Counted from the stretch's first letter, positions 11,309-22,171 are shown. The stretch: 64,000 nucleotides of DNA from an uncultured Bacilli bacterium (GCA_947627355.1 CANQVX010000009.1:12168-76167); one strand, 5' to 3'. The notes: generated by a model not told the origin, from the letters alone. A program made the numbers and translations.

Positions 11309-13375
11309 TTATTTTCCTTTGGTAAGTTTTTCAACTACTGAGGCTGGAGCTTGTTCGTAGCGTGAAAATTGCATTGAGAAAATTCCTCTACCTTGAGTGA
11401 TTGAACGTAAGGTTGTAGCATAACCAAACATTTCTGAAAGTGGTAATGAAGCATGAATGATTTGAGCATTTTCCTTGTTTTCAAAACCATCAATACTACC
11501 TCTTTTAGCCGAGATATTTCCCATTACATCACCCACATATTCTTGAGGAACAATTACTTCAACTGACATAATTGGTTCAAGAATAACTGGATTACATTTT
11601 CTAGCGGCTTCTTTTAAAGCTAGAGAAGCAGCGATACGATAAGCAGCTTCACTTGAATCGACATCGTGATATGAACCATCAAATAAAGTAGCTTTGATAT
11701 CAATTGCTGGATAGCCAGCAACTAGACCACCAGTCATAGCATCGATAAGTCCTTCTTTTGTTGGACGAATGAATTCTTTTGGAACTGTACCACCAACAAT
11801 GGCATCAACAAATTCAAAACCTTTGCCAGGGTTTGGTTCAAACTTAATCCAAACGTGACCATATTGACCTTTACCACCACTTTGACGAACATAACGTCCT
11901 TCACAATCAGCTGATTGTAAAATGGTTTCACGGTATGCAACTTGAGGAGCACCGATATTTGCTTCTACTTTAAATTCTCTTTTTAAACGATCAACGATAA
12001 TTTCTAGATGTAATTCACCCATACCACTGATAACTGTTTGACCTGTTTCGGCATCAGTTTTAGTTTTGAATGTTGGATCTTCTTCAGCAAGTTTTGCTAA
12101 AGCAATTGCTAGTTTATCTTGATCATTTTTAGATTTTGGTTCAATAGCTTGCGAAATAACTGGTTCTGGAAAGACCATAGATTCTAATGTAACTGGGAAA
12201 TTTTCATCAGTTAAAGTATCACCAGTTGAAACATCTTTAAAACCAATTGCAGCAGCAATATCGCCACTATAAACCTGGTTGATTTCTTTTCTTGAATTAG
12301 AATGCATTTGAAGTACACGACTGAATCTTTCTTTTTTACCTTTTGAAGAGTTATAAACATAACTTCCAGCAGTAATTGAACCAGAATATACTCTAAAGAA
12401 TGTTAATTTACCAACGAATGGATCAACCATGATTTTAAATGCTAAAGCAACGAATGGTCCTTCATCATTTGGAATACATTGAACTACTTCACCACTGCTA
12501 TTTAAAGTACCAGTTGCTGGTTGAATATCAAGTGGAGAAGGAAGGTAGTCAACTATTGCATCAAGTAATAATTGAATACCTTTATTTTTATATGAAGCAC
12601 CACATAAAACCGGGAAGAATTCGCCGGTCAAAACGCCTTTTCTGATAGCGTTTTTGATGTCTTGAATAGTTAATTCTTCGCCTGATAAATATTTTTCACA
12701 AAATACATCATCGAATGAAGAAATTGCTTCAAATAAAAGTGTTCTTAATTCTTCTACTTTATCATTAAATTCACTAGGAACTTCTTCAACACTGATTTTA
12801 GTTCCCATATCATCGTTGTAATAATATGCCTTTCTTTCGATAATATCGATAATTCCATGGAATTGATTTTCTCTTCCAATCGGATATTGAATCGCACAAG
12901 CATTGGCATTTAATCTTTTATGCATTGAAGCAACACACATTTCAAAGTCTGCTCCAATCGCATCTAACTTGTTTGCAAATACGATACGAGGGACATTATA
13001 CTTACTACCTTGGCGCCAAACGGTTTCAGTTTGTGATTCAACACCATTTTTACCATCTAAAACGGTAACAGCTCCATCAAGAACTCTTAGAGATCTTTCA
13101 ACTTCTGCTGTGAAATCTACGTGTCCTGGAGTGTCAATGATATTAATTCGATGACCTTTCCATTCAGCAGTAGTTGCTGCACTGGTAATTGTAATACCTC
13201 TTTCTCTTTCTTGTTCCATCCAGTCCATGGTAGCAGCACCATCATGTACTTCACCCATACGATGATTTACACCTGTAAAAAACAATATTCTTTCAGTTGT
13301 TGTTGTTTTTCCAGCATCGATATGTGCCATAATACCAATATTTCTTGTGTTTTCTAAACTAAATTTTCGCGCCAT
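11309..13375 (-). CDS. fusA: elongation factor G
   Basis: 688 aa; [17 protein letters not shown] motifs, full EF-G domain complement. Confidence 0.97.
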   Translation of the reverse strand: MARKFSLENTRNIGIMAHIDAGKTTTTERILFFTGVNHRMGEVHDGAATMDWMEQERERGITITSAATTAEWKGHRINIIDTPGHVDFTAEVERSLRVLDGAVTVLDGKNGVESQTETVWRQGSKYNVPRIVFANKLDAIGADFEMCVASMHKRLNANACAIQYPIGRENQFHGIIDIIERKAYYYNDDMGTKISVEEVPSEFNDKVEELRTLLFEAISSFDDVFCEKYLSGEELTIQDIKNAIRKGVLTGEFFPVLCGASYKNKGIQLLLDAIVDYLPSPLDIQPATGTLNSSGEVVQCIPNDEGPFVALAFKIMVDPFVGKLTFFRVYSGSITAGSYVYNSSKGKKERFSRVLQMHSNSRKEINQVYSGDIAAAIGFKDVSTGDTLTDENFPVTLESMVFPEPVISQAIEPKSKNDQDKLAIALAKLAEEDPTFKTKTDAETGQTVISGMGELHLEIIVDRLKREFKVEANIGAPQVAYRETILQSADCEGRYVRQSGGKGQYGHVWIKFEPNPGKGFEFVDAIVGGTVPKEFIRPTKEGLIDAMTGGLVAGYPAIDIKATLFDGSYHDVDSSEAAYRIAASLALKEAARKCNPVILEPIMSVEVIVPQEYVGDVMGNISAKRGSIDGFENKENAQIIHASLPLSEMFGYATTLRSITQGRGIFSMQFSRYEQAPASVVEKLTKGK

Positions 13376-13405
13376 AATTTCCCTCCATCAACGACTAAAC
13401 TTAAA

Positions 13406-13876
13406 TTACCAACGATAGTGAGCAAATGCTTTGTTAGCTTCTGCCATTTTGTGAGTGTCTTCACGTTTCTTAACTGAAGCACCAGTTCCATTAGCAGCAT
13501 CAATGATTTCATTTGCTAAACGTTCTACCATTGTTTTTTCATTACGATTTCTTGAAAAATTAACTAACCATCTAAGGCCTAGAGTAATTTTTCTTTCTGT
13601 AGATACTTCAACTGGAACTTGATAGTTTTGACCACCAACACGACGAACTTTTAATTCAAGTGTTGGAGTAATGTTTGCTAATGCTTTTCCAAAAACATCA
13701 ACAGCATTTTCGCCAGTTTTCTTTTCTACTAATGCAAATGCATCATATAAGATGGTTTTAGCTGTACCTTTTTTACCATCTAACATTAATTTGTTAATTA
13801 ATTTTGTGACTAGTTTTGAGTTATACACTGGATCAGGTAAAACATCTCTTCTAGCAACTTTTCCTTTACGTGGCAT
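13406..13876 (-). CDS. rpsG: 30S ribosomal protein S7
   Basis: 156 aa, S7 signature; str operon position. Confidence 0.95.
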   Translation of the reverse strand: MPRKGKVARRDVLPDPVYNSKLVTKLINKLMLDGKKGTAKTILYDAFALVEKKTGENAVDVFGKALANITPTLELKVRRVGGQNYQVPVEVSTERKITLGLRWLVNFSRNRNEKTMVERLANEIIDAANGTGASVKKREDTHKMAEANKAFAHYRW

Positions 13877-13898
13877 ATTTGTTTCCTCCTAATCCTTA

Positions 13899-14318
13899 TT
13901 ATTTAGCTTCTTTTGGCTTTTTTGTTCCATATAAAGAACGGCCTTGCTTGCGGTCTTTAACTCCCGCACAGTCACGAGTACCACGGATAATGTGATAACG
14001 TACCCCTGGAAGGTCCTTAACACGGCCTCCACGGATTAGAACAACTGAGTGTTCTTGTAGATTGTGTCCTTCACCACCGATATAAGCTGTAACTTCATAA
14101 CCATTACTTAAACGAACACGGGCATATTTTCTATTAGCAGAATTTGGTTTTTTAGGAGTCATAATACTTACACGTGTGCAAACACCCTTTTTTTGAGGTG
14201 AATTCACTTTGATTTCTTTCTTTTGTAGTGAATTGCGGCCTTTGCCAAGAGCAGGAGCTTTTGATTTTTCTTCAATTTGTTGTCTGCCTTGACGTACCAA
14301 TTGATTAATTGTTGGCAT
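13899..14318 (-). CDS. rpsL: 30S ribosomal protein S12
   Basis: S12 sequence (PTINQLVR..., PKKPNSA); start set to ATG 14318 (GGGGA RBS 9 nt upstream) rather than the TTG that opens the ORF-track frame. Confidence 0.93.
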   Translation of the reverse strand: MPTINQLVRQGRQQIEEKSKAPALGKGRNSLQKKEIKVNSPQKKGVCTRVSIMTPKKPNSANRKYARVRLSNGYEVTAYIGGEGHNLQEHSVVLIRGGRVKDLPGVRYHIIRGTRDCAGVKDRKQGRSLYGTKKPKEAK

Positions 14319-14410
14319 GCTCAATTTTCCCCTTTCTTTTTAAACACACTTTACCAGGTGTTTCAATTATCTTCTTTAAAATAAAGTTTCGTTTCCGAAA
14401 CCAACATGCG

Positions 14411-14442
14411 AACTAATTCTAGCAAAGCAGTTTTTGAAAGTC
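14411..14442 (-). promoter_or_regulatory. sigma-A type promoter of the rpsL-rpsG-fusA-tuf operon
   Basis: On minus strand TTGACT-17 nt-TAGAAT about 90 nt upstream of rpsL; leader contains small hairpins (GTTTCG-gaaa-CGAAAC). Confidence 0.5.
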
Positions 14443-14532
14443 AACTTTTTTTTGAAAAAGTTTTTGTTAAGTACCTTTACAAAGTAAAAAGAGTGATTAA
14501 AACCTATCCTTAGTTCTAGTCACTCTAATACT

Positions 14533-14790
14533 TTAAGCGGCAAATTCTTCTTTAATAAATTTCTTATAAACTTGTTTTACTTGCTCTGCATTAGCGTTTT
14601 TTACTTGATAAAAGCCATTGTTTTGCATGAAGTTAAATACTTTTTGTTGATTGTCTTGAGTATCATCTAACATATCAAGCAATAGATTCTTTAATTTAAC
14701 GTTAGCACATTCTAAAGCAAAAGTATTAAGTAATGTTGCAAGTTCTTTTTCATCATTTAATAAATCTTCAAGTATTTCTTTATCTTGCAT
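14533..14790 (-). CDS. CotF-like (Coat_F domain) spore-coat family protein
   Basis: 85 aa; matches Coat_F pattern DLLNDEKELATLLNTFALECANVKLKNLL...QQKVFNFMQNNGFYQ. Confidence 0.55.
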   Translation of the reverse strand: MQDKEILEDLLNDEKELATLLNTFALECANVKLKNLLLDMLDDTQDNQQKVFNFMQNNGFYQVKNANAEQVKQVYKKFIKEEFAA

Positions 14791-14799
14791 AGCACACCT

Positions 14800-14988
14800 C
14801 TAATTTAAATGTTCAAGTAAATCTTGAAAGTTTACTTTGTTGCGGTTTAATAAATCATCGCAGATTTTTTTAATTTTTTTATCACTACAAATATCTTTAT
14901 AATACGCCGCTTTTTTAATAGCTACTGCAAAATGGGATAAAATATCCTCTACTCCTGAAAGTTCTTTTGTCGTTATTTGATTAGTCAT
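14800..14988 (-). CDS. small protein co-transcribed with CotF-like gene, unknown function
   Basis: 62 aa from ATG 14988 (AAGGAAGGA RBS); ORF-track start 15003 lacks RBS. Confidence 0.4.
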   Translation of the reverse strand: MTNQITTKELSGVEDILSHFAVAIKKAAYYKDICSDKKIKKICDDLLNRNKVNFQDLLEHLN

Positions 14989-15001
14989 ATTCCTTCCTTT
15001 C

Positions 15002-15019
15002 AAAGTGATTCATCACTTT
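15002..15019. promoter_or_regulatory. perfect 8-bp inverted repeat AAAGTGAT-tc-ATCACTTT immediately upstream of the RBS of the CotF-like operon (candidate operator or 5'UTR hairpin)
   Basis: Directly visible palindrome; position between putative promoter and RBS. Confidence 0.35.
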
Positions 15020-15056
15020 CTAAAAGAAGTATTGACAATAATTTTAAAAATATACC

Positions 15057-15566
15057 TTAAATATAATAAATATCAGTTACAACAATAATAATCATTAATA
15101 TGATTAAAATAAGACCATAAATAACATTATTAAATAAATTGTTTTTTTGTTTATTTTCATCGTTATTTAAACTAAAAATAATAAACATAGTTGCAACTAA
15201 TATGAATTCACATAGAAATCCATAAAAATTAAAATGTAAGATAAAAAAGAAACTAGAAAGCAGTTGAATAGTTAAACTAATCATAAATGCTAGATGAATC
15301 TTTTTATTAATAAATAAGGATATAATACTTAATGCTATGACACTAACTGAAGATAATAATAATAAAACTGTGGCAATTTGATGAAACAATGATAATGGAT
15401 GTGAATTAAAGATATTAACTAACCAATAATTACGATACCATTTATCAAATTCATCATGATAAACTTTTTCAAGAATTGGAAGGCTCAAGCATAAAACAAT
15501 TAAAAGACATTCTAAAGAAATTAAAACAATGTTTAATATTTGTGATTTAGTTAGTTTCTTATTCAT
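15057..15566 (-). CDS. polytopic membrane protein, unknown function
   Basis: 169 aa, about five hydrophobic helices; no recognisable motif. Confidence 0.35.
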   Translation of the reverse strand: MNKKLTKSQILNIVLISLECLLIVLCLSLPILEKVYHDEFDKWYRNYWLVNIFNSHPLSLFHQIATVLLLLSSVSVIALSIISLFINKKIHLAFMISLTIQLLSSFFFILHFNFYGFLCEFILVATMFIIFSLNNDENKQKNNLFNNVIYGLILIILMIIIVVTDIYYI

Positions 15567-16308
15567 TTAAGTCACCACTCTTTTTTTCTTTACGTTTATC
15601 ATTTATACTTAAAATCCATTGATAGATCTTTTTATTAAATACAATTCCTATAATAGAAATAACAACCATAACTCCCATAATAACTCCAGCAACCCATAGA
15701 TTATCACCTAAAATAGCATTGCCAGCAAAAGTGGAAGGAATAATTGAAGGAATTCTAGCAATTATGGATACTAAAACAAACTTATGAATACTAATTGTAG
15801 TAAATGGAATTAAAAAGACTACAAAATCTTTAGGTATTCCTGGAATTAAAAAGAAAAAGAATAAAATAATCAAAGCTCTACCAGGTTCATTTAAAAACTT
15901 AAACCTCGTGAATTCTTTTTCTTTAACATTTAGACTAGCAAATGGTTTTCCTAATAATTTAACCAAATAATAAATCAAATAATTAGCAATAGTAAGACCT
16001 AGTAAACACAATAAAGTGCCAACCCATGGACCAAACATAGCACCCGCAACAATTTCGACAATTTCACCTGGTATAAAAGCCACTAGAATTTGGAATATAT
16101 CGACTAATAGCAAGATTAAAAAGCCGACAAAACCGGTGTTTTTAATCTTTTTCATGATTTCTTCTTTACCATTTTTATCAGAAAACAACTTGAAAAAATC
16201 AGAAAAATAAAAACATAAAAAAATGATGATTCCAAGAATCAAAACAATGGCTGTTATATTGATAACAATCATAGCAATTTTTGCTTTTGAATACTTATTT
16301 TTTTCCAT
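15559..16308 (-). CDS. TVP38/TMEM64 (DedA/SNARE-associated) family membrane protein
   Basis: Motif region VAFIPGEIVEIVAGAMFG...G..IANYL.YYL typical of TVP38/DedA; start moved to ATG 16308 (GAGGA RBS). Confidence 0.55.
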   Translation of the reverse strand: MEKNKYSKAKIAMIVINITAIVLILGIIIFLCFYFSDFFKLFSDKNGKEEIMKKIKNTGFVGFLILLLVDIFQILVAFIPGEIVEIVAGAMFGPWVGTLLCLLGLTIANYLIYYLVKLLGKPFASLNVKEKEFTRFKFLNEPGRALIILFFFFLIPGIPKDFVVFLIPFTTISIHKFVLVSIIARIPSIIPSTFAGNAILGDNLWVAGVIMGVMVVISIIGIVFNKKIYQWILSINDKRKEKKSGDLNE

Positions 16309-16371
16309 TTTTTCAGTCCTCAAACTTATTATATACAAAATAAATAAATATAACAATTTTATTTTTATGCG

Positions 16372-16401
16372 TTGAAGTTTAATGTATTTAGACTTATAAT
16401 G
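16372..16401 (+). promoter_or_regulatory. sigma-A type promoter for the Big_2 surface protein gene
   Basis: TTGAAG-17 nt-TATAAT about 40 nt upstream of start codon 16442. Confidence 0.4.
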
Positions 16402-16441
16402 TATTTTACAGCGGGGACCTGGAAAGGGTGTTCAAATCCAT

Positions 16442-19357
16442 ATGAAAAAAGCTAAAAGAATAAGACACATAATTTTTAAATCCATGGTTTTAATTGCATA
16501 TGTTGCTTGTGCAACCACTATTGTTGTGGAATCATGCATGGCTGGTAATGATAGTGCAAAACAAAGCAATTCCGTTGGTCAATCTTTAGGTGGAATTATT
16601 AATAATTTTTCTAAGGATCAAACAAAATATGTTCCTGTGGCTGATGTTGCAGTTAAAAATAAGCCGATAGAAACGGATATTTTATATGTTGGTGATACAT
16701 ATCAAGTAGAAACCGATGTCTTTCCACAAAAAGCAACAAACCAATCATTAACTTATGAAAGTTCTAATTTAGATGTTGCAACTATCGATGACACTGGTTT
16801 GATTACTTTTCTTGAAAGTGGAACTAGTAAAATAACTGTTACAAGTGATGATAATAATAAAATAACTGATCATTTTGAAGTTTTAGTAAATGATGTTATT
16901 GCAACTGATATAAATGTTAAAATCGATAATGCTATTTATAATGAAACTGATGAGTTTTATACAATTTATTTAGGTCATAGTTATCCAATATTTGTAGATG
17001 TTTTACCAGATAATACAACTGATAAAAGTTATGAATATGAGTATAATAGTTCAAGCATTTCAATTCAAGAAGATACCATTACAGCTTTAAGTTATAATCA
17101 ATTACAACCTATTTCTATCACTGTTAAATCAACAGTTGATGATACAGTTAAAAAAGAATTTAAAGTTGTTGTTGACTTTGATGAAATAACTGAACCTACA
17201 AGTATGGAATTTAATGAAGGTTCTTCTTCAAGTCTATTAATTGGTCAAACTAAAAAATTAACCATTAAATATTTACCAGAAAACGTAAGTTTTACCAGGG
17301 CTAATTATACAAGCAGTAACATCAATGTGGCTACTGTTGATAGTACTGGTAAAATTAAAACTGTTGGCGTTGGTACAACTACAATTACAGCAACTAATGC
17401 TAGAAACAATTCATTTAAAGCCACTCATGAATTAACTGTTAATCCATTACCTAATGTAACTGGAATAAAAGTTACTTCAACAATTAACAATCTAGTTATT
17501 GATTCAACAAAAATAATAACAATTACACCTATTCCTTCAAACGCTAAAATTGATATGAAGTTAGCATCATTTACTTCAAATAATCCTGCCATTGCAACTG
17601 TTACAAATACTGGTAGAGTAAAAGGTATAAGTGAAGGAAGTGCATCAATTTCTGTTACTTATAATAATAAGTTTAATGCCACTGTTAAGGTTAATGTTAT
17701 CAGAAAAACTGAAACCAATGTTGTAAATATTTCCGTTAAAAACAAGAAAAATTCAATTTATAAAGGTGAAACAATAGCCGTTAATGATCTAGTTGACATT
17801 CAAGTTACTTCAAACAATAATGCCTTAAATATTGCTAATGAAGAATTTGAATTTGAACCATTGATAAGTAGTCAAGTATCAAGTAGTCTATATAATCCTG
17901 ATGATTATGATGGAATGGAATTTGATACTAATGAAATGGTTACTTTTAATGAAACAAATAAGACAATTACTGCTAAAAATAATGAAGGATTTGCTTTCTT
18001 TAGAGTTTATCATGTGGCCAGTGGTAAATATGCTAATTTCAAATTTGAAATACAAGAAAGACTTCCTGAAGATTTAAGCATTTTATATAACAATAAACCT
18101 GTTGAAGATAATATGGTTTCAATTTATGTTCCTTCTTTAATGCAATCTAACCATTTAGGAAAAGGCCAATTACATTATTTAAGTTTACAATTTGTCGATA
18201 AAAACGCCACTTTTAAAGAATATGAATGGTCAATGAAGACAATTGAAGGTAGTAATGTTTTACGTTATGAAAAACGTGAAGAAGAAAATAGTGTTACTCT
18301 TTATCCTATTAGTGAAGGTATTGTTGAAATCAAAGCAACCATTACTTCACCGATATTAAAATCAACAACTTCTACTTCACTTATTGTAAATGTAAGTCAT
18401 AATGATTTAGAAGAAATGTCCTTATTAGATTTAACAACATCTACTCCTCAATTAATTAATGATGAATTAATTGTTTATAAATCTCAATTAGTTGAACTTG
18501 GTGTTACTTCTACAAAAACTTATTCACGTGCTTTATTTAAATGGAGTTCATCAAATCCAAAAGTAGCTAAAGTTAATTCACATGGTATCATCAATACTAT
18601 TGAATCAGGAACTACTAAAATTACAGTAACTAATCTCTATGGTGAAAAAGCTACTAAATCATTTACATTAACAGTTATTAATCATTTAGGTTTTAATGAA
18701 TCTAAGCCATATGAATTAACTGGTATAAGTATCAAAGCAGTAGCAAAAGATACCTATGAAATGACTAACGGAACTAAAGCAAAAATTAAAATAAATTATG
18801 CTGATAATGTAACTTATACCAAAGTTAGTTATAAATCATCTAATGAAAAGATTTTAAAAGTAGGTAAAGATGGCATTATTATTCCTTTAAAAGTAGGAAA
18901 AGCAAAGGTTACAATTACTTATGATGATGGTATTAGCGTTGCTAAACCATTAACTCAAACAATAACAATTAATATTAAAAAACTACCATTAATTACTGAT
19001 TTTAGTAGTTTTGTCTTTTATGTTAGAAAAGGCCTTGGTCATTTTGGAGTTTTCTTTTTACTAGCAATTGTCTCATTACTTACTTATTTCTTATTCTTTG
19101 ATAAGGATCGTCGTTACATAGGTATTATATTCCATTTCATAATTGGTTATTTATTAGCCTTAGGTACAGAAATTATTCAAGCAACAGTTCCTGGTAGAGT
19201 TGGAAAATACACTGATGTCGATATTGATTTTTCAGGCTTTATGATAGGAACTGCAATCTTCTTTATCGTTTATTTGATTAAATATTTTGTTTCATTTATT
19301 CATAAAAAAATAAAACAAAAGAAAGAAGCAAAACTGCTGGTGAATAAAAATGAATGA
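16442..19357 (+). CDS. large cell-surface protein with multiple Big_2 (bacterial Ig-like group 2) repeats and C-terminal VanZ-like 4-TM domain
   Basis: 971 aa; N-terminal signal/TM; at least five about 80-aa repeats with Big_2 signature (SSN..VATVD.TG.I......GTTTITAT); C-terminal about 120 aa with VanZ-like motif GTEIIQATVPGR...D.D. Confidence 0.6.
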   Translation: MKKAKRIRHIIFKSMVLIAYVACATTIVVESCMAGNDSAKQSNSVGQSLGGIINNFSKDQTKYVPVADVAVKNKPIETDILYVGDTYQVETDVFPQKATNQSLTYESSNLDVATIDDTGLITFLESGTSKITVTSDDNNKITDHFEVLVNDVIATDINVKIDNAIYNETDEFYTIYLGHSYPIFVDVLPDNTTDKSYEYEYNSSSISIQEDTITALSYNQLQPISITVKSTVDDTVKKEFKVVVDFDEITEPTSMEFNEGSSSSLLIGQTKKLTIKYLPENVSFTRANYTSSNINVATVDSTGKIKTVGVGTTTITATNARNNSFKATHELTVNPLPNVTGIKVTSTINNLVIDSTKIITITPIPSNAKIDMKLASFTSNNPAIATVTNTGRVKGISEGSASISVTYNNKFNATVKVNVIRKTETNVVNISVKNKKNSIYKGETIAVNDLVDIQVTSNNNALNIANEEFEFEPLISSQVSSSLYNPDDYDGMEFDTNEMVTFNETNKTITAKNNEGFAFFRVYHVASGKYANFKFEIQERLPEDLSILYNNKPVEDNMVSIYVPSLMQSNHLGKGQLHYLSLQFVDKNATFKEYEWSMKTIEGSNVLRYEKREEENSVTLYPISEGIVEIKATITSPILKSTTSTSLIVNVSHNDLEEMSLLDLTTSTPQLINDELIVYKSQLVELGVTSTKTYSRALFKWSSSNPKVAKVNSHGIINTIESGTTKITVTNLYGEKATKSFTLTVINHLGFNESKPYELTGISIKAVAKDTYEMTNGTKAKIKINYADNVTYTKVSYKSSNEKILKVGKDGIIIPLKVGKAKVTITYDDGISVAKPLTQTITINIKKLPLITDFSSFVFYVRKGLGHFGVFFLLAIVSLLTYFLFFDKDRRYIGIIFHFIIGYLLALGTEIIQATVPGRVGKYTDVDIDFSGFMIGTAIFFIVYLIKYFVSFIHKKIKQKKEAKLLVNKNE

Positions 19358-20195
19358 AATTTATAAATGCCCAGTTTGTAATAAAGGATTGCATAAAGAT
19401 AATAACACTTATAAATGTGAGTTAAATCATAGTTATGATATTTCAAAACATGGCTATATTAATCTATTACTAGCTAATCAAATACATTCACTTTTTCCGG
19501 GTGATAGGCCTGAAATGATATTGGCAAGGAAAAGATTCTTACATGAAAATTATTATCATGTGCTAAGAGAAAAACTAGTAGAAGTCATTAAAAATTATTT
19601 AAGTGAAGTCACTGTTTTTTGTGATCTAGCCTGTGGTGAAGGATATTATACAAATTATATTCATCAAGAAATTTCAAATAATCATTCTTTTATTACCTAT
19701 GGCATAGATTTATCTAAACAAGGTATCATTGAAGCCTCAAAAGAAGCTAAAAGATTAAAACTTAATAATGTTTTCTATAGTATTGGTAACTTAATGTATT
19801 TACCATTTCTTGATAATAGTTTTGATATTATGCTCAATTGTTTTGCTCCAATGGTTAGTGATGAATTTAGTCGTGTTTTAAAAGAAAATGGCATCTATAT
19901 TCGCGTTTTACCCGGCAAAAATCACTTATATGAACTTAAAAAAGTATTGTATGAAAATGTTTTGTTTAATGAACCAAAAGAAAAAGATATAACTAATTTT
20001 TCTTTAATTGAACAGATATCTATTGAAAAAAAGGTGTTACTTAAAAACAATCAAATGATTCAAGATTTATTTATGATGACGCCTTATTATTACAAAACAT
20101 CAACTGAAGCTATTAAAAATTTAAATGCATTAAATGAACTTGAAACAACTATTGCATTTGAAATTTTAATTTATAGAAAAACTGGAGGTAAATAA
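19350..20195 (+). CDS. rlmA: 23S rRNA (guanine-N1)-methyltransferase RlmA-like
   Basis: 281 aa; N-terminal Cys4 zinc finger (CPVC...C..NH), SAM-binding motif DLACGEGYY. Confidence 0.55.
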   Translation: MNEIYKCPVCNKGLHKDNNTYKCELNHSYDISKHGYINLLLANQIHSLFPGDRPEMILARKRFLHENYYHVLREKLVEVIKNYLSEVTVFCDLACGEGYYTNYIHQEISNNHSFITYGIDLSKQGIIEASKEAKRLKLNNVFYSIGNLMYLPFLDNSFDIMLNCFAPMVSDEFSRVLKENGIYIRVLPGKNHLYELKKVLYENVLFNEPKEKDITNFSLIEQISIEKKVLLKNNQMIQDLFMMTPYYYKTSTEAIKNLNALNELETTIAFEILIYRKTGGK

Positions 20196-20196
20196 A

Positions 20197-20931
20197 ATGA
20201 AATATGCAGTGCAATTATATTCTTTAGCAAATTATATCAATCAAAATGGTTTAGAAAGTGCTCTTAAAATGGTAAGTGAAGCCGGTTATGAAGGTGTTGA
20301 ATTTGCCGGTTTCTATAACCTTGAGCCTAAAAAAATCCATGAATTACTCGACAAATATCACCTAAAAGCTATTTCTAGTCATACTGGTCTTGAAGCCATT
20401 AAAAATTCTCTTCCTTACTTTTTAGAACTAAACATTTCATATGTCATTGTTCCTTATATAGGTTTCGATAGTTGGTTAAATAATGGTAGTAATATCATTA
20501 ATCAATTTAAAGAACTTCAAGAATTTTTAAAGCCTTATGGTATTACTTTAGGTTATCATAATCACGCTCATGAATTTAAAGATGGTAATGATTTTATAGC
20601 TTATCTATATAAAAATTTATCGACAGTTTCATTAGAATTTGATGTTTGTTGGTTAACTATAGCAAGACAAGATATAGAAGTTATAATGGATACATATCAT
20701 GACAATCTAAAACTAGTTCATATTAAAGATGCTTCTAATTTTGATGATGTTTCCTTAGATGTTCCAGTTATTGGACACGGTATAGTTGATATGTATACAG
20801 TTTTTAAAAAGGTAAACCAATATGAACTTGAATGGGCTATCTTAGAAGCCGAAAATATAAAAGGTGATATTCTTAGCTATTTAAAAGATAGTTTAAAGAG
20901 TATGAAATGGTTTGAAAATGCCACTTTGTAA
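20197..20931 (+). CDS. sugar phosphate isomerase/epimerase (xylose-isomerase-like TIM barrel)
   Basis: 244 aa; typical N-terminal YAVQLYSL...AGYEGVEF pattern of AP-endo2/xylose isomerase-like family. Confidence 0.5.
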   Translation: MKYAVQLYSLANYINQNGLESALKMVSEAGYEGVEFAGFYNLEPKKIHELLDKYHLKAISSHTGLEAIKNSLPYFLELNISYVIVPYIGFDSWLNNGSNIINQFKELQEFLKPYGITLGYHNHAHEFKDGNDFIAYLYKNLSTVSLEFDVCWLTIARQDIEVIMDTYHDNLKLVHIKDASNFDDVSLDVPVIGHGIVDMYTVFKKVNQYELEWAILEAENIKGDILSYLKDSLKSMKWFENATL

Positions 20932-21014
20932 GTTTTTTTGCACATGAAACTTACATTTTTTTATTTAATATTAAATAAAAGTATTGTATAATAACAATGA
21001 AAGAGGTGACTTTA

Positions 21015-21962
21015 ATGGGTTTTTTCAGAAAACAATTAATTAATGTTATCGATTGGAACGAAGTCGATTCACAAGAAATGGTTTATCGTTTCCCATGTGA
21101 AGGTAGTGAAATTAAAAATGGTGCACAATTAACTGTACGTCCTTCACAAGTGGCTATTTTTGTAAATGAAGGTATTATTACTGATGTATTTAGTGAAGGT
21201 AGATATCAATTAACTACAGCTAATTTACCAGTGATGACTAAATTACTATCATGGAAATATGATTTCAAATCACCATTCAAAGCTGATGTATATTTTGTAA
21301 ATACACGTCAATTTCCTAATTTAAAGTGGGGTACTGCTAATCCTATTATGACTCGCGATAGCGAATTTGGTATGGTAAGAATTCGTGCTTATGGTAATTA
21401 TTCTATTCGCGTTGTCGATGCAGCAAAATTCTTAAAAGAAATTTTTGGTACTTTACCAAGTTATTCTACAAAAAATATTCAAGATCATATTAAAACTATC
21501 GTAGTTTCTTCATTTAGTGATTACATTGCTGAAACTAAAATGCCTATTTTAGACATTGCTAGAATGTATGATGAAATCGGTAAAGGAACTGCTGAAAAAG
21601 TTCGTGAACATTTAAATGAAATTGGTTTAACAACAACTTCAGTAATTGTTGAAAATATTTCTCTTCCTGAAGAAGTTGAAAAAGCTATTGATAAACGTTC
21701 TTCAATGGCTGCCATTGGTGATTTAAATGCTTATGCTAAATATCAAACAGCTGATTCTATTAAAGATGCTGCTAATAATCCTGGTGGAAGTGCAGGACTT
21801 GGCGTTGGTATTGGTGCAGGAGTAGGTATGGGTAGAATGATGAGCGAAGCTATGAATACTGCTAATTCAGCTGAGCCTAAAATCTATGTCCTAAATGTGG
21901 TAAAGAAAATCCAGCTAAAGCTAAGTTTTGTTCTGAATGTGGACAATTACTTCATCCTATGA
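21015..21962 (+). CDS. SPFH/band-7 domain protein of the YdjI type (COG4260), reading frame broken near 21879-21887
   Basis: Start at ATG 21015 (AGAGGTGA RBS). N-terminus MGFFRKQLINVIDW parallels B. subtilis YdjI. The frame shifts at run AAAA 21879-21882, and the expected zinc-ribbon tail is encoded in the -1 frame (see next feature). Confidence 0.6.
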   Translation: MGFFRKQLINVIDWNEVDSQEMVYRFPCEGSEIKNGAQLTVRPSQVAIFVNEGIITDVFSEGRYQLTTANLPVMTKLLSWKYDFKSPFKADVYFVNTRQFPNLKWGTANPIMTRDSEFGMVRIRAYGNYSIRVVDAAKFLKEIFGTLPSYSTKNIQDHIKTIVVSSFSDYIAETKMPILDIARMYDEIGKGTAEKVREHLNEIGLTTTSVIVENISLPEEVEKAIDKRSSMAAIGDLNAYAKYQTADSIKDAANNPGGSAGLGVGIGAGVGMGRMMSEAMNTANSAEPKIYVLNVVKKIQLKLSFVLNVDNYFIL

Positions 21963-22126
21963 TGGTTAAATGCGTTAAATGTGGTAAAGATATTCCTCAA
22001 GGAACTAAGTTCTGTCCTGAATGTGGGGCTGCTCAAGTGGTTTCAATGGTTGAATGTCCTAATTGCCATGCTAAAGTTCCTGACAGTGCAAAATTCTGTC
22101 CTGAATGTGGCAAAACTTTAAAATAA
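21887..22126 (+). other. out-of-frame 3' continuation of the YdjI-like gene encoding three CPxCG zinc-ribbon repeats
   Basis: Frame 2 reads NLCPKCGKENPAKAKFCSECGQ...CVKCGKD...FCPECGA...CPNCHAK...FCPECGKTLK* ending at TAA 22124-22126. One extra A in the A4 run would fuse it to the upstream ORF. Confidence 0.55.
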
Positions 22127-22171
22127 TCTTTAATGCAATCATTTGATTGCATTTTTTATGGAGGGGTTATC

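Noticed and set aside
10550-13357. Antisense and out-of-frame ORFs inside tuf and fusA (e.g. 10550-10828, 10620-10880, 12903-13154)
   Set aside because: Fully embedded in highly conserved genes on the opposite strand or shifted frame, with no RBS; typical spurious ORFs.
16410-16441. tRNA-like T-arm motif GGTGTTCAAATCC
   Set aside because: No acceptor stem, D-arm or anticodon arm upstream; the motif overlaps the RBS (GGAAAGGGTG) of the Big_2 protein gene.
20945-20950. TGAAAC resembling the -35 of a sigma-W promoter ahead of the YdjI-like gene (as in B. subtilis pspA-ydjGHI)
   Set aside because: No CGTA -10 element at the required 16-bp spacing; an extended -10 (TGTATAAT at about 20981-20988) indicates a sigma-A promoter instead.
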